Shown here: positions 1-10,599 of the stretch, piece after piece | Numbering within the stretch: position 1 is the first letter of the stretch | Layout of the letters: each line of letters opens with the position of its first letter | Assembly (NCBI GenBank): GCA_038116985.1 | Contig: JAYOEZ010000008.1 | Coordinates: 671 to 64,670, forward strand | Source of the DNA: Alphaproteobacteria bacterium | GTDB taxonomy: Bacteria; Pseudomonadota; Alphaproteobacteria; SHVP01 | Length of the DNA: 64,000 nucleotides | Reading direction: 5' to 3' | Translations under genes and position numbers: made by a program | The notes under the pieces: generated by a model | The model's database searches: none | What the model saw: only the letters and a program-made list of their open reading frames with translations | What the model was told of the DNA's origin: nothing

Positions 1-822
1 GCGGGCAACGGCGTAATCATCAACGACACGGGCTTGATCGTCACCATCGGGTACCTCGTCACCGAGGCGGACTCGGTGTGGATCGTCGCCAACAATGGCC
101 AGACTATCCAGGGCGACGTGATCGGCTACGACACCGAGACAGGCCTTGGGCTGATCCAGGCGCTTGGACGACTCAATATTCGTCCGCTCGAGATCGGCGC
201 CTCCAGCGAGGTCGCGGTTGACGATCCGATCGTGTTGGCGGCCGGCGGCGGCCGCCGCCATGCGCTCTCGGGCACGGTTGTCGACAAGAGGGAGTTTGCG
301 GGTTCCTGGGAATACCTCATCGACGACGCGATCTTCACCTCGCCGGTTCATCCCAATTGGGGCGGTACGGGGCTCATCGACCGAAATGGACGCCTCGTCG
401 GCGTAGGGTCGTTGTTCATTCAGGGAATCGGGCCAAAGGGAACCGACGGCAACATGGTCGTCCCGATCGACCTGCTGAAGCCGATCCTCGATTCGATGCT
501 CACGACCGGGCACCCGGGACATCCCTCAAGGCCGTGGCTGGGTCTCTATGTCGCCGATCAGGACGACGGCGTGGTGGTCGCAGGGATGGCGAGCAGCGGT
601 CCGGCAAGTCGCGCCGGCATCAAGATCGGCGATGAGGTTACGGCGGTGGCCGGCGTGCCGATCCAGAGCATTTCGGAACTGTTCCGCAAGACCTGGTCGC
701 TGGGCGCCGCGGGTGTCGATGTGCCCCTGACCTTGCGGCGCGAGGAAGGCCAGATGGAGGACGTTTCGGTCCAGTCGGCGGATCGCGCGGACTATCTGCG
801 CAAGCCGCGCTTGCATGCCTAG
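1..822 (+). CDS. Trypsin-like (S1C/HtrA-family) protease homolog with C-terminal PDZ domain; 5' end cut by window edge
   Basis: Frame 1 is open from nt 1 (AGNGVIINDTGLIVTIGYLV...), so listed ORF 34..822 starts at an internal codon. HtrA-like pattern YDTETGLGLIQ (Asp region) and PDZ-like GLYV...GPASRAGIKIGDEVTAV. The expected GNSGG nucleophile motif reads PNWGGTG (see findings). Confidence 0.7.
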   Translation, partial: AGNGVIINDTGLIVTIGYLVTEADSVWIVANNGQTIQGDVIGYDTETGLGLIQALGRLNIRPLEIGASSEVAVDDPIVLAAGGGRRHALSGTVVDKREFAGSWEYLIDDAIFTSPVHPNWGGTGLIDRNGRLVGVGSLFIQGIGPKGTDGNMVVPIDLLKPILDSMLTTGHPGHPSRPWLGLYVADQDDGVVVAGMASSGPASRAGIKIGDEVTAVAGVPIQSISELFRKTWSLGAAGVDVPLTLRREEGQMEDVSVQSADRADYLRKPRLHA

Positions 823-831
823 GCGACCTGC

Positions 832-2055
832 ATGACGGATGCGGTGCTGTCCCCGGGACGCGGCAACCGGATCATCGCCCTGGTGTCAGCCGGCCATTTC
901 TTCAGCCATTTCTATTTCCTGGTCCTGCCGCCGCTATTTCCCCTTTTGAAGGAAGAGTTCGGCGTCAGCTATGCGTCTCTGGGTTTGCTAATGACGGCGG
1001 CCAGCATCGCTACCGGTGTCGGGCAGACGCCTGTCGGCTTTCTGGTGGATCGGTTGGGTGCGCGATGGATTCTGCTTGGGGGGCTGGTGGTCCACAGCGC
1101 GGCGATCGCGGCGATCGGTTTGACAGACTCCTATTGGGCGGTGCTTGTCCTTTTTGTGGTCGCCGGATTGGCGAACACGGTTTATCACCCGGCGGACTAC
1201 GCCATTCTCAACGCGCGCGTCCCCCGCGAACGCTTGGGTCGCGCGTTCAGCATTCACACCTTCTCGGGCAACATCGCCTGGGCAATCGCGCCGACGGCGA
1301 TGATCGGAATGACGGCATTGTGGGACTGGAGGACGGCCGTCCTTGTCTCTGGCGTTGCTGGCCTCATCGTTGCATCGGCGATCTGGATGCTGGGTGGTGA
1401 GCTGTCCGGCATCGAATCGGATGACCGTAAGGCAGAGGCGGCACCTGGTGGGCCGACGGTGAATGGCATCCAGCTCCTGCTATCGGCGCCGATCATGATG
1501 GCATTTCTGTTCTTCTTCTTGATCGCCATGGGAACCGGTGCCGTGCGCGTCTTCTCGGTCGCCGCGCTCGTCGCGATCTACGACACACCGCTTGCTGCAG
1601 CCAATGGCGTTCTGACCGGCTTTCTCGCGGGGGCGTCGGCCGGAATCCTGGCCGGCGGGCTGATCGCCGACAAACTCGGAAAACCGGAGCTCGTTGCCAC
1701 CTTGGGGTTCCTCATCGGCGCGGTATTTCTCGCTCTCGCAGGATCGATGTCGCTGCCCATCGCCGGAATGGTTGCCATTCTCACATTGGCGGGTTTTGTC
1801 ACCGGGGTGGTGCAGCCTTCACGCGACATCCTCGTCCGCCGTGTTACGCCACCCGGATCTGTCGGCAAGGTGTTCGCGTTTGTCTCCACTGGACTGGCGG
1901 CTGGCGGGGTCCTCATGCCGCTGATATTCGGCTGGATCATGGATCACGCCGATCCCCGTTGGGTTTTCTGGCTCTCCGCGCTCATTGTCCTGTCCACGGT
2001 CGTGACCGTCGGGGGACTGAGTAGCATCAGTGCGCGGCGGACAGCCGCGCCCTAG
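832..2055 (+). CDS. MFS transporter
   Basis: 407 aa, about 12 hydrophobic segments, MFS-type loop GFLVDRLGARW after the second helix. Confidence 0.8.
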   Translation: MTDAVLSPGRGNRIIALVSAGHFFSHFYFLVLPPLFPLLKEEFGVSYASLGLLMTAASIATGVGQTPVGFLVDRLGARWILLGGLVVHSAAIAAIGLTDSYWAVLVLFVVAGLANTVYHPADYAILNARVPRERLGRAFSIHTFSGNIAWAIAPTAMIGMTALWDWRTAVLVSGVAGLIVASAIWMLGGELSGIESDDRKAEAAPGGPTVNGIQLLLSAPIMMAFLFFFLIAMGTGAVRVFSVAALVAIYDTPLAAANGVLTGFLAGASAGILAGGLIADKLGKPELVATLGFLIGAVFLALAGSMSLPIAGMVAILTLAGFVTGVVQPSRDILVRRVTPPGSVGKVFAFVSTGLAAGGVLMPLIFGWIMDHADPRWVFWLSALIVLSTVVTVGGLSSISARRTAAP

Positions 2056-2705
2056 TCCGGCAATTCATAGCGCTCGATGACTGGCTCGTGCTCGCCCTCT
2101 TCGATCCACTGGCGTACCGCGGGGCAGTCTAGGACCGCCTCGACGTAATGCCCGGCGACCGAATCCAGTTCGACGCCGTACGTTGCGAAGCGCGAAACAA
2201 CCGGCGCATACATCGCGTCGACGGCCGAAAAAGAGCCGAAGAGGAAATCGCCGCTTCTGCCGCTCGTGTTGCGCGCATCGCGCCAGACTTGGCAGATGCG
2301 GGCGATATCCTTGGCGGCATCGGCGCCGATCTGGAAGTTTCGATATCGCCGGCGGCAGTTCATCGGTAGCTCGCGGCGCAGCGCTGCGAATCCGGCGTGC
2401 ATCTCCGCACATAAAGATCGTGCGACCGCTCGTGCCCCGGGCTCAGCCGGCCAGAGGTGGGCATCCGGGCATCGCTCGGCCAGAAACTCCAGGATCGCCA
2501 GGCTGTCCCAGACCGTGGTTCCGTCATCGATCAGAACAGGAACAAGACCGGCCGGAGAGAAATGCATGATCCGTTCTCGCGTGTCCTCCTGCCCGAGCGG
2601 GATGACAACCTCGTCATGCGCCAGCCCTGCGTGCGTCACGGCCACTCCGGCGCGCATCGACCAAGAGGAGTAGTTCTTGCTGCCGACGATCAATGTGGTT
2701 GTCAT
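2052..2705 (-). CDS. Glutathione S-transferase family protein
   Basis: ORF 2052..2771 trimmed to the ATG at 2705 (MTTTLIVGSKNYSSWSMRAG...). Thioredoxin-like N-domain (VPVLIDDGTTVWDSLAILEFL) plus helical C-domain. Confidence 0.8.
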   Translation of the reverse strand: MTTTLIVGSKNYSSWSMRAGVAVTHAGLAHDEVVIPLGQEDTRERIMHFSPAGLVPVLIDDGTTVWDSLAILEFLAERCPDAHLWPAEPGARAVARSLCAEMHAGFAALRRELPMNCRRRYRNFQIGADAAKDIARICQVWRDARNTSGRSGDFLFGSFSAVDAMYAPVVSRFATYGVELDSVAGHYVEAVLDCPAVRQWIEEGEHEPVIERYELPD

Positions 2706-2785
2706 GGGCCTCTCCCTGTGTCCGGCTCGAAGATGCGGTAAACTCGCGTCACTGACAAATCTTTGCGGCAAAGCGGACCGACGAC

Positions 2786-4165
2786 ATGCTGGAGATGTTT
2801 GCGCGGCGTAAGACGACTACGGCGGTGCCGATCGAGATTGTGCCGTTGACCGACTACGGACCATGGCGTCGTGCTCAATCTAAGACGGTTCGTGGCTGGC
2901 TGGATCAAGTCGGGTTCAGCGCGAAGGCTGGATCCCATGCGGTGATACCGGGCGCAGGGCGTGCCAAGTCGCGCATCGTCGTTTGCGTCGACGGTGCACC
3001 GATATGGTGGCTGGCGGCTCTGCCTCGAATCCTGGCGGCCGGTACCTACTACCTCGACGGCGAACTCGCGCAGGATACCGCGGTCCGCGCGTTGATCGGG
3101 TGGGGGCTCGGGGCATATCGCTTCGAACGCTATCTGGCGAGGCCCCGCGCGCGCCAGCCCAAGCTGGTGCTGCCGTCAAATGCAGATGAGAAGGAAGTGA
3201 TGCGTCAGGTCGAGAGCGCGGCGTCGGTCCGCGACCTGATCAACACGCCGGCCGGCGACCTGGGTCCTCCTGAACTCGCGGGCGCGGCTAAGGGATTGGC
3301 GAAGCGCTATCGTGCCAAGATCAAGGTCGTTAGCGGATCTGAACTCGAACGATCGTTTCCCGCCGTGCACGCGGTCGGCCGGGCGGCGGCCAAACAACCC
3401 CTTCTGATCGACATGACTTGGGGCGATTCGGGCGCGCCGAAGGTTACGCTGGTCGGTAAAGGGGTGTGCTTCGACACCGGCGGTCTGAACCTGAAGCCCA
3501 GCGCCGGAATGCGGCTCATGAAGAAGGACATGGGTGGTGCGGCGACTGTCCTTGGACTGGCGCAGCTGGTTATGGATGCCTGCCTGCCTGTGCGGCTGCG
3601 GGTTCTTATTCCCGCTGTGGAGAACAATGTTTCCGGAAATGCCTACCGGCCTGGTGACATTGTCAGGACCAGGAAAAACCTGAATGTAGAGATTGGCAAC
3701 ACTGATGCAGAAGGCCGCGTCATCTTGGCCGATGCGCTGGCACTGGCGGACGAGGAGAAGCCCGACATTCTGATCGACTGCGCGACGCTGACGGGCGCGG
3801 CCCGCGTCGCGCTCGGCCCTGACCTCCCGGCACTGTTTTGCGACGACGAAGGGTTCTCGGCTGATCTGGCGAAGGCCGGAGCCAGCGAAGCGGATCCCGT
3901 TTGGCGCCTGCCGCTGTGGCGCGCCTATGACCGCTACATCGAGAGCCCGATTGCGGACGTCAACAATGCCGGCAGCAGCGGGTTCGCCGGTGCGATCACG
4001 GCGGCGCTGTTTCTCGACCGGTTTGTAGATAACGCAAGAATCTGGGCGCATCTGGATCTATTTGGGTGGAATGAGGATCAGCGTCCGGGACGACCGAGGG
4101 GTGGCGAGGCAATGACGATCAGGGCCCTGTACCGGACGCTGCGAGACCGCTACGCCGCTTCATGA
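2786..4165 (+). CDS. M17 leucyl aminopeptidase family protein
   Basis: VGKGVCFDTGGLNLKP and NTDAEGRVILADAL metal-site motifs of family M17. Confidence 0.85.
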   Translation: MLEMFARRKTTTAVPIEIVPLTDYGPWRRAQSKTVRGWLDQVGFSAKAGSHAVIPGAGRAKSRIVVCVDGAPIWWLAALPRILAAGTYYLDGELAQDTAVRALIGWGLGAYRFERYLARPRARQPKLVLPSNADEKEVMRQVESAASVRDLINTPAGDLGPPELAGAAKGLAKRYRAKIKVVSGSELERSFPAVHAVGRAAAKQPLLIDMTWGDSGAPKVTLVGKGVCFDTGGLNLKPSAGMRLMKKDMGGAATVLGLAQLVMDACLPVRLRVLIPAVENNVSGNAYRPGDIVRTRKNLNVEIGNTDAEGRVILADALALADEEKPDILIDCATLTGAARVALGPDLPALFCDDEGFSADLAKAGASEADPVWRLPLWRAYDRYIESPIADVNNAGSSGFAGAITAALFLDRFVDNARIWAHLDLFGWNEDQRPGRPRGGEAMTIRALYRTLRDRYAAS

Positions 4166-4614
4166 TCCCAAACGGCCAAGGCAATCTTCTGTTTGTGTAC
4201 GGCACGTTGCGTCGAGAGGTCGGCGCGCCGGCATACGCGTTGTTTGCGGAACACGCGACGTTTCTCGACGCGGGAACGATCGCCGGCCGAATGTACGATC
4301 TCGGGAGCTACCCTGGCATCACCCTGGAGGCCGAGGGTGCTCATTGCGTGCATGGGGAGGTCTACCGCCTGACGACCCCGCAGCCGACGCTTCAATTGCT
4401 TGATCGCTACGAGGGTGTAGCAGGCACCCGCGGCGATGGCTCCGGCCAGTACGACAGACTGGAAGTGCCTGTCGCGACGCATGACCACGGGCTGGTCATG
4501 GCATGGGTCTATGTCTGTCTCATGGACCTGACGGATTGTCCGGCCATCGAGGGCGGCGACTACGTCCGCTACCTCAGCAGCCGTCCGGACTATCGCCCCC
4601 CTCGGATTGACTAG
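4162..4614 (+). CDS. Gamma-glutamylcyclotransferase-like (AIG2/GGCT fold) protein
   Basis: LLFVYGTLRR N-terminal motif and LDRYEG (catalytic Glu region). ATGA start/stop overlap with the M17 gene. Confidence 0.75.
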   Translation: MIPNGQGNLLFVYGTLRREVGAPAYALFAEHATFLDAGTIAGRMYDLGSYPGITLEAEGAHCVHGEVYRLTTPQPTLQLLDRYEGVAGTRGDGSGQYDRLEVPVATHDHGLVMAWVYVCLMDLTDCPAIEGGDYVRYLSSRPDYRPPRID

Positions 4615-4800
4615 CCCAGAACTTATCGACAAATTGGCGGTGCCCCCTAAAGTCTTGCTGGCTCAACGCGTTGTGACGTTGCAAGAAGTTAAGAAAGTGG
4701 TCTAAACCTCGGACACTTGTGGAGTTTTTTCTAGCGCTCTGCCGCGGCACGTTCGTCGCGTGTGGATGGGGCCTGTGGGTAAGTCTGGGGGTAAGCGGGC

Positions 4801-6390
4801 GTGGTGTCGGTAGCTGACGCGGTTCTCATCGTCGATCGTGACGAGATGGTGGCCCACGCCAGCGATTCTTTCTGCCGGCTCACCGGCTACCATCCGGCCG
4901 ACCTTGTGGGGCAACCGCTGCGGATTCTTGGCCTCGACCGGCGGCTTGCCGGCGAGTTTGCTTCCGGCTCCACCGGCGGAGAAATCCGTACGAAGTCCGG
5001 CCAACACCTGTCGGTCTCTATCCGCTCCCGGGACATGCGCGTGAACGGCGCCGAAGCCCATGTCCTGACGGTGGTCAACGCCACGCCCCTGGACGCTGCG
5101 AGCGGTCCGCTCTTCTACGACGTCGCCTCGGGCGATGGAGACCGTACGGACCTCGGGGCGCCGGCTGTCGCAATGATGTCGGGTGCGCTTCGCCACGGCG
5201 GCCAGGTGATGTTCGTAAAGGCCCGTCTCGATCGTCTCCAGGAGGTCAATCAGACCGTCGGCTATGAAGTCGGTGATGCAATTCTTCAGGAGGCGCTGGA
5301 ACGTCTGCGGTTTCTTGCGCCCGCGGACGGAATGGTGGCCCGTCTCGCCACCAATCAGTTCGCGCTCGTCGCGCCTGTCGGCGGCAAGGGACCTGGGATC
5401 GAAGCGGTCACGCACCGAATACACGAAGCGCTCGGGACGCCATATCAGATCCGAAATGGATCATACCGGCTCTCCGCCAGCATCGGCGTTGCCGTGTTTC
5501 CGGTTCACGGCGCTGACCTGGTTGAACTCGTCTATGCCTGCGATCTTGCCTTACGCGAAGCCAGACAACGTGGTGGCGATCGCATCGAGTTGTTCAGCAG
5601 CCGCTTTCAGGAACGCCTCAGTCGAGAACTGCGCCTGGACCGCGCGCTTTCAGAGGCGCTCCGTCGCGACGAATTCGAAATCCAGTATCAACCGCTGATC
5701 GACTTGGGAAACGGCGGAATTCTCGCAGCCGAAGCGCTATTGCGCTGGAAGCATGAAGAGTTGGGAAGCGTCAGCCCCTCGGAGTTCATTCCGCGCGCCG
5801 AAGCAACGGGGTTGATCGTACCGATCGGCGATTGGGTACTGAATCGCGCTTTCGAAGAAGCGAAGTCGTGGGAGGGGGGGAAGCACCCCCCGCGGATCAA
5901 TGTGAATCTCTCTGCGGTACAGTTTGGCCAGCACGATCTGGTAGAAAAGTTCGAGGACGCGCTTTCCAGCAGCAAGCTCTCGCCGGAACGCGTCGATGTC
6001 GAATTGACCGAGCATTCGCTCGCCAGCGACGTGGAGTCGCGCAACGAGACGATCTCGCGTCTGCGCGGATTGGGCATGACCGTTGCGATCGATGACTTCG
6101 GAACCGGGTACTCGTCGCTGTCGCAACTCGTTGACTGTCCAGTCGACAGCCTGAAGATCGACCGGTCCTTTGTCGCCGGGCTGATACACCATCCGCAGTC
6201 GGTCACGATCGTCAGAACGATCATCGACATGGGCCAAAGCCTCGACCTGAAACTCGCCGCCGAGGGCACTGAGCGCAAGGACCAGATCGATTTACTGCGC
6301 GATGCCGGCTGCGGCTATGCCCAGGGCCACTATTTCTACAAGGCGATGCCGGGCGCGGCTTTCAAAGAGGTTCTGGCCACCGCGCCTTAA
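4801..6390 (+). CDS. PAS / degenerate-GGDEF / EAL signalling protein (probable c-di-GMP phosphodiesterase)
   Basis: GTG start. PAS-like N-terminus (FCRLTGYHPADLVGQPLRIL). The GGDEF position reads ATNQF. The EAL domain is intact (EALLRW, NVNLS, ELTE, DDFGTGYSSL, KIDRSF, EGTE). Confidence 0.85.
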   Translation: MVSVADAVLIVDRDEMVAHASDSFCRLTGYHPADLVGQPLRILGLDRRLAGEFASGSTGGEIRTKSGQHLSVSIRSRDMRVNGAEAHVLTVVNATPLDAASGPLFYDVASGDGDRTDLGAPAVAMMSGALRHGGQVMFVKARLDRLQEVNQTVGYEVGDAILQEALERLRFLAPADGMVARLATNQFALVAPVGGKGPGIEAVTHRIHEALGTPYQIRNGSYRLSASIGVAVFPVHGADLVELVYACDLALREARQRGGDRIELFSSRFQERLSRELRLDRALSEALRRDEFEIQYQPLIDLGNGGILAAEALLRWKHEELGSVSPSEFIPRAEATGLIVPIGDWVLNRAFEEAKSWEGGKHPPRINVNLSAVQFGQHDLVEKFEDALSSSKLSPERVDVELTEHSLASDVESRNETISRLRGLGMTVAIDDFGTGYSSLSQLVDCPVDSLKIDRSFVAGLIHHPQSVTIVRTIIDMGQSLDLKLAAEGTERKDQIDLLRDAGCGYAQGHYFYKAMPGAAFKEVLATAP

Positions 6391-6421
6391 CCTCGTTACG
6401 CCGACCCTCTAGACTTCGTTT

Positions 6422-6784
6422 GTGAATCTGACACGTGACGATGCGCTCTCCGCCTTGAGCAAGGTGCTTGCCGCCCAGAGCCGTGGGGACGGGCGCGATC
6501 TCACGCTTCGGCAGCTGGCGCTTCTCGCCGCCGTCTACAGAAGCCCGGTGCCCCCGACCGTCCGGGCGCTGGCAGCCGAAGTGGACTTGTCCAAGCCGGT
6601 CATCAGCCGCGCCATCGATGTGCTCGAGGCGCGGCGGCTTTGCCGGCGTCAGCCCGACGAAACGGATCGGCGTAGCGTCGTCGTACAGAAGACGGTGCGT
6701 GGGTCGGTCTTCATCGATGCCGTCGTCGCGGGGCTGCGCAATGCAGCCGACGCAGACGATCAGGTGGAAATCGCGTCCTCGTAG
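6422..6784 (+). CDS. MarR-family transcriptional regulator
   Basis: GTG start. Winged-helix pattern LTLRQLALLAAVY...VRALAAEVDLSKPVISRAIDVLEARRLCRR...DRRS. The 3' end overlaps yejF convergently by 25 nt. Confidence 0.7.
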   Translation: MNLTRDDALSALSKVLAAQSRGDGRDLTLRQLALLAAVYRSPVPPTVRALAAEVDLSKPVISRAIDVLEARRLCRRQPDETDRRSVVVQKTVRGSVFIDAVVAGLRNAADADDQVEIASS

Positions 6785-8382
6785 GCGACCTCGAGGTCGA
6801 AGGCTGCGGCCATGAGTGCGCGCGTGTAATCGGTACGCGGCGCCTCGAAGATGTCCCTGGCCGGCCCTGCTTCGACGACTTTTCCGTCGCGCATCACGAT
6901 CACATCGTCCGCCATGGCGCGGACGACCTTGAGGTCGTGGCTGATGAACATGTAGGCGAGGCTGTGCTTGCGCTGCAGGTCGCGGAGCAGATCCACGATC
7001 TGCGCCTGGACCGACATGTCGAGCGCCGACGTCGGCTCGTCGAGGACGACGAACCGCGGTTTGAGCACCATGGCTCGCGCGATCGCGATGCGCTGGCGCT
7101 GGCCGCCGGAGAACTCGTGCGGATAGCGGTCCTGGCTCTGCGGGTCGATTCCGACTTCCTCCAGCGCCGCGCCGATGACCGCGCGACGTTCGTCGTAGTC
7201 CCGCATGTTCGTGTGGACAAGCAGGCCTTCCTCGACGATCTGGCCGATGGAAAGGCGCGGGCTGAGGCTGCCGTAGGGGTCCTGGAACACGATCTGCATC
7301 TCCTTGCGGAGCGGGCGGAGGGTGCGGAAGTTGAGCCCCTGGATCGGCCTGCCGGTAAACTGGATGTCGCCGGTGCTCCTGATCAGGCGCAGCAGGCCGA
7401 GCCCCAGCGTCGTTTTGCCGGAGCCGCTTTCCCCCACGACGCCGACGGTCTGGCCTTCGCGGATGGTCACACTGATGTCGTCGACGGCCTTCACGTAGCC
7501 GACGGTGCGCTTGAGCACGCCACGCTGAATGGGGAAATAGACCTTCACGCTATCACCCTTCATGACGACGGGTGCGTCCGTCCTTGCGCGGTTGGGCTCG
7601 CCCTTGGGTTCGGCCTCCATCAGCATCCGGGTGTAGGGGTGGCGCGGCCGCTCGAATATCTGTTCGGTCTCGCCGGCCTCGACGATTTCGCCCTCCTTCA
7701 TGACGCACACGCGCTTCGCCATCTTGCGCACGATGCCGAGGTCATGGGTGATGAGCAGCATCGCCATGCCCAGATCGGATTGCAGCTTGCGCATGAGGCG
7801 CAGAATCTGCGCCTGGATGGTGACATCGAGTGCGGTCGTCGGCTCGTCAGCGATCAAGAGCCGCGGGTTGTTGGCAAGCGCCATCGCAATCATCACGCGT
7901 TGGCGCTGGCCACCCGAGAGCTGGTGCGGATAGGAATGAATGCGTTGTTCGACATCCGGTAGCCCGACCAAACTGAGCAGCTCGAGCGTCCGAGCCCGCG
8001 CCTGCTGTTTGCTCATGCCTTGATGGAGGAACAGCACTTCGTTGATCTGCTTTTCGATGGTGTGGAGCGGATTGAGCGACGTCATCGGCTCCTGGAAGAT
8101 CATCGAGACCTTGTTGCCGCGAATCTTGCGCATCTCGGCATGTGGCGCGCCAATGACCTCTTGACCCTCCACCGTAATCGATCCCGACGGGTGGGAGGCA
8201 ATCGGATAGGGCAACAGCTGCAGAATGGAGAGCGCGGTGACCGACTTGCCTGAACCGCTCTCGCCGACCAGTGCGACGGTTTCGCCCGCATCGATGGAGA
8301 ACGATGCATTCTTGACCGCATGCACCGTGCGCTTGCCGACTCGAAAGTCGACCGACAGGTCCTTGGCGTCGACGAACGCCAT
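6760..8382 (-). CDS. yejF: ABC transporter ATP-binding protein with duplicated ATPase domains (YejF-like)
   Basis: Two Walker A sites ([16 protein letters not shown]) and two LSGGQRQR signatures. Last gene of a yejABEF-type operon. Confidence 0.85.
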   Translation of the reverse strand: MAFVDAKDLSVDFRVGKRTVHAVKNASFSIDAGETVALVGESGSGKSVTALSILQLLPYPIASHPSGSITVEGQEVIGAPHAEMRKIRGNKVSMIFQEPMTSLNPLHTIEKQINEVLFLHQGMSKQQARARTLELLSLVGLPDVEQRIHSYPHQLSGGQRQRVMIAMALANNPRLLIADEPTTALDVTIQAQILRLMRKLQSDLGMAMLLITHDLGIVRKMAKRVCVMKEGEIVEAGETEQIFERPRHPYTRMLMEAEPKGEPNRARTDAPVVMKGDSVKVYFPIQRGVLKRTVGYVKAVDDISVTIREGQTVGVVGESGSGKTTLGLGLLRLIRSTGDIQFTGRPIQGLNFRTLRPLRKEMQIVFQDPYGSLSPRLSIGQIVEEGLLVHTNMRDYDERRAVIGAALEEVGIDPQSQDRYPHEFSGGQRQRIAIARAMVLKPRFVVLDEPTSALDMSVQAQIVDLLRDLQRKHSLAYMFISHDLKVVRAMADDVIVMRDGKVVEAGPARDIFEAPRTDYTRALMAAAFDLEVAYEDAIST

Positions 8383-9467
8383 CAGCCGAAAGTCTTCCGT
8401 GGATCGAAGGCGTCACGTACCGCCTCGCCCGCGAAGACCACCAACGTCAGCATAACGGACAGGGTAAAGAACGCGGTGAGCCCGAGCCAGGGAGCTTGCA
8501 GGTTCGACTTCCCTTGGTTGAGGAGTTCGCCGAGCGACGGCGATCCCGGCGGCAGGCCGAATCCAAGAAAGTCGAGGCTGGTGAGAATCGTCACGGAGCC
8601 CGCCAGGGTGAACGGCAGGAACGTGATCGTGGCGACCATGGCGTTCGGCAACAGGTGCTTGATCATGATCGTAAGACTGTTCAAGCCGAGGGCGCGAGCC
8701 GCGCGGACGTAGTCGAAGTTGCGCGCGCGCAGAAATTCCGCGCGAACCAGGCCGACCGGCCACATCCAGCTGAATAGCAGCATGATACCGAGAAGCCACC
8801 AGAAGTTCGGGGTCACGATGCTGGCTAGGATGATCAGCAGGAAGAGCGTCGGCAGTCCGGACCAAATCTCGATGAAGCGTTGAAACAAAAGATCGGTCCA
8901 GCCTCCAAAGTACCCCTGGACGGCTCCTGCGAACACGCCGACCACTGTCGCGATCGCAGTCAGGACAAGCCCGAACAACACCGAGATACGAAATCCGTAG
9001 ATCAGGCGCGCAACGACATCGCGCCCCTGGTCGTCGGTGCCCAGCCAATTGTCGCTCGTCGGTGGTGACGGCGCGGGCTGTGTCAGGTCGTAGTTGATCG
9101 TGTCGTAGCTGAACTCGACCAGCGGCCAGATGCTCCATCCGCCTGACTCGGCGATTAGCTCCTTCACATAGGGATCGCGGTAGTCGGCGGCGGTCTCAAA
9201 GTCGCCCCCGAATCGGGTTTCGGGATAGTCGACGAAGACCGGCAATAGCAACTCCCCGTCATGCTCCACGATCAATGGCCGGTCGTTGGCAAGGAACTCG
9301 GCGAACAGACTGACGAAGAAAAGGAGGAGAAAAATCCACATCGACCAGAACCCGCGCCGATTGCGGCGAAAGTTCTGAAGTCGCCGCCGCGTGAGCGGCG
9401 TAATTCGGAACCCGAAGAAATGCTCCGCTGTGTCCGGAATCCTTTCCGCCGTGCTGGTGCTAGACAT
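8382..9467 (-). CDS. yejE: ABC transporter permease (YejE-like)
   Basis: Multi-pass membrane protein with a binding-protein-dependent transport permease core. 1-nt overlap with yejF. Confidence 0.85.
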   Translation of the reverse strand: MSSTSTAERIPDTAEHFFGFRITPLTRRRLQNFRRNRRGFWSMWIFLLLFFVSLFAEFLANDRPLIVEHDGELLLPVFVDYPETRFGGDFETAADYRDPYVKELIAESGGWSIWPLVEFSYDTINYDLTQPAPSPPTSDNWLGTDDQGRDVVARLIYGFRISVLFGLVLTAIATVVGVFAGAVQGYFGGWTDLLFQRFIEIWSGLPTLFLLIILASIVTPNFWWLLGIMLLFSWMWPVGLVRAEFLRARNFDYVRAARALGLNSLTIMIKHLLPNAMVATITFLPFTLAGSVTILTSLDFLGFGLPPGSPSLGELLNQGKSNLQAPWLGLTAFFTLSVMLTLVVFAGEAVRDAFDPRKTFG

Positions 9468-10575
9468 CGCGCCGCTCGAAGTCGATCCGTGGGTCGATGA
9501 CCACGTACATCAGATCGCCGATCAGGTTGAAGACAAGCCCGAGCAGCGTGAAGAAGAAGAGCGTGCCGAACATGACCGGGTAGTCGCGATTGATAACCGC
9601 TTCAAACCCGAGCAAGCCCAACCCGTCCAGCGAGAAGATGATCTCGATCAAGAGCGAGCCGGTGAAAAGAATGCTGACGAACGCGCTGGGGAAGCCCGCG
9701 ATGACGATCAGCATGCCGTTGCGAAAGACATGCCCGTAGAGCACCTGTCGCTCCGTCAGCCCCTTGGCCCGGGCGGTCAGCACGTATTGCTGGTTGATCT
9801 GGTCGAGGAACGAGTTCTTGGTCAACAGCGTCAGCCCGGCGAATCCGCCGATCACGAGAGATACGATGGGAAGGGCGATGTGGTGGAAGTAGTCGCCGAT
9901 CTTCCCGAGAGTGCTGAGCTCGGAGAAGTTCTCAGAGGTAAGACCGCGCAATGGGAACCAGTCGAGATAGGAACCACCGGCAAAGAGCACGATCAGAAGA
10001 ATGGCGAAGAGAAAGCTCGGGATCGCCTGTCCCACGATGATGACTCCACTAGTCCAGACGTCGAACGCGGAGCCATCACGCACCGCCTTGCGAATCCCGA
10101 GCGGGATCGAGATCAGGTAGACAAGGACGGTGGTCCAAAGGCCCAGCGAGATCGAGACCGGCATCTTGTCGAGGACGAGTTCGACGACGGTCTGGCTGCG
10201 ATAGAATGATTCGCCGAAATCGAACATCACGTAGTTCTTCATCATGTTGAAGAACCGCACGTGCATTGGCTGGTCGAAACCGAACTGCCTTTCCAGGTCG
10301 GCTATGAACTGTGGGTCCAGGCCCTGGGCGCCGCGGTAGCGCGACTCTACGGCGCCGGCCGCCGCCGCGCCCTGCTGCGCGTCGGACTGGGCCGTATCGC
10401 CGCCGCCCGCGCCACTGATCCGCGCCGTCGCGTCGACGGCGTTGCCGGTGACCTGGGCGATGATCTGCTCGACCGGCCCGCCGGGGGCGAATTGGACGAC
10501 GGCGAAGTTGATCACCATGATTCCGAAGAGAGTCGGAATGATGAACAGCAGCCGTCGGACGATATAGGCGGTCAT
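9460..10575 (-). CDS. yejB: ABC transporter permease (YejB-like)
   Basis: [25 protein letters not shown]-terminus typical of DppB/YejB-type permeases. 8-nt overlap with yejE. Confidence 0.85.
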   Translation of the reverse strand: MTAYIVRRLLFIIPTLFGIMVINFAVVQFAPGGPVEQIIAQVTGNAVDATARISGAGGGDTAQSDAQQGAAAAGAVESRYRGAQGLDPQFIADLERQFGFDQPMHVRFFNMMKNYVMFDFGESFYRSQTVVELVLDKMPVSISLGLWTTVLVYLISIPLGIRKAVRDGSAFDVWTSGVIIVGQAIPSFLFAILLIVLFAGGSYLDWFPLRGLTSENFSELSTLGKIGDYFHHIALPIVSLVIGGFAGLTLLTKNSFLDQINQQYVLTARAKGLTERQVLYGHVFRNGMLIVIAGFPSAFVSILFTGSLLIEIIFSLDGLGLLGFEAVINRDYPVMFGTLFFFTLLGLVFNLIGDLMYVVIDPRIDFERRDV

Positions 10576-10599
10576 CGCGGAGCTGAGTCTAGCTGAAAA

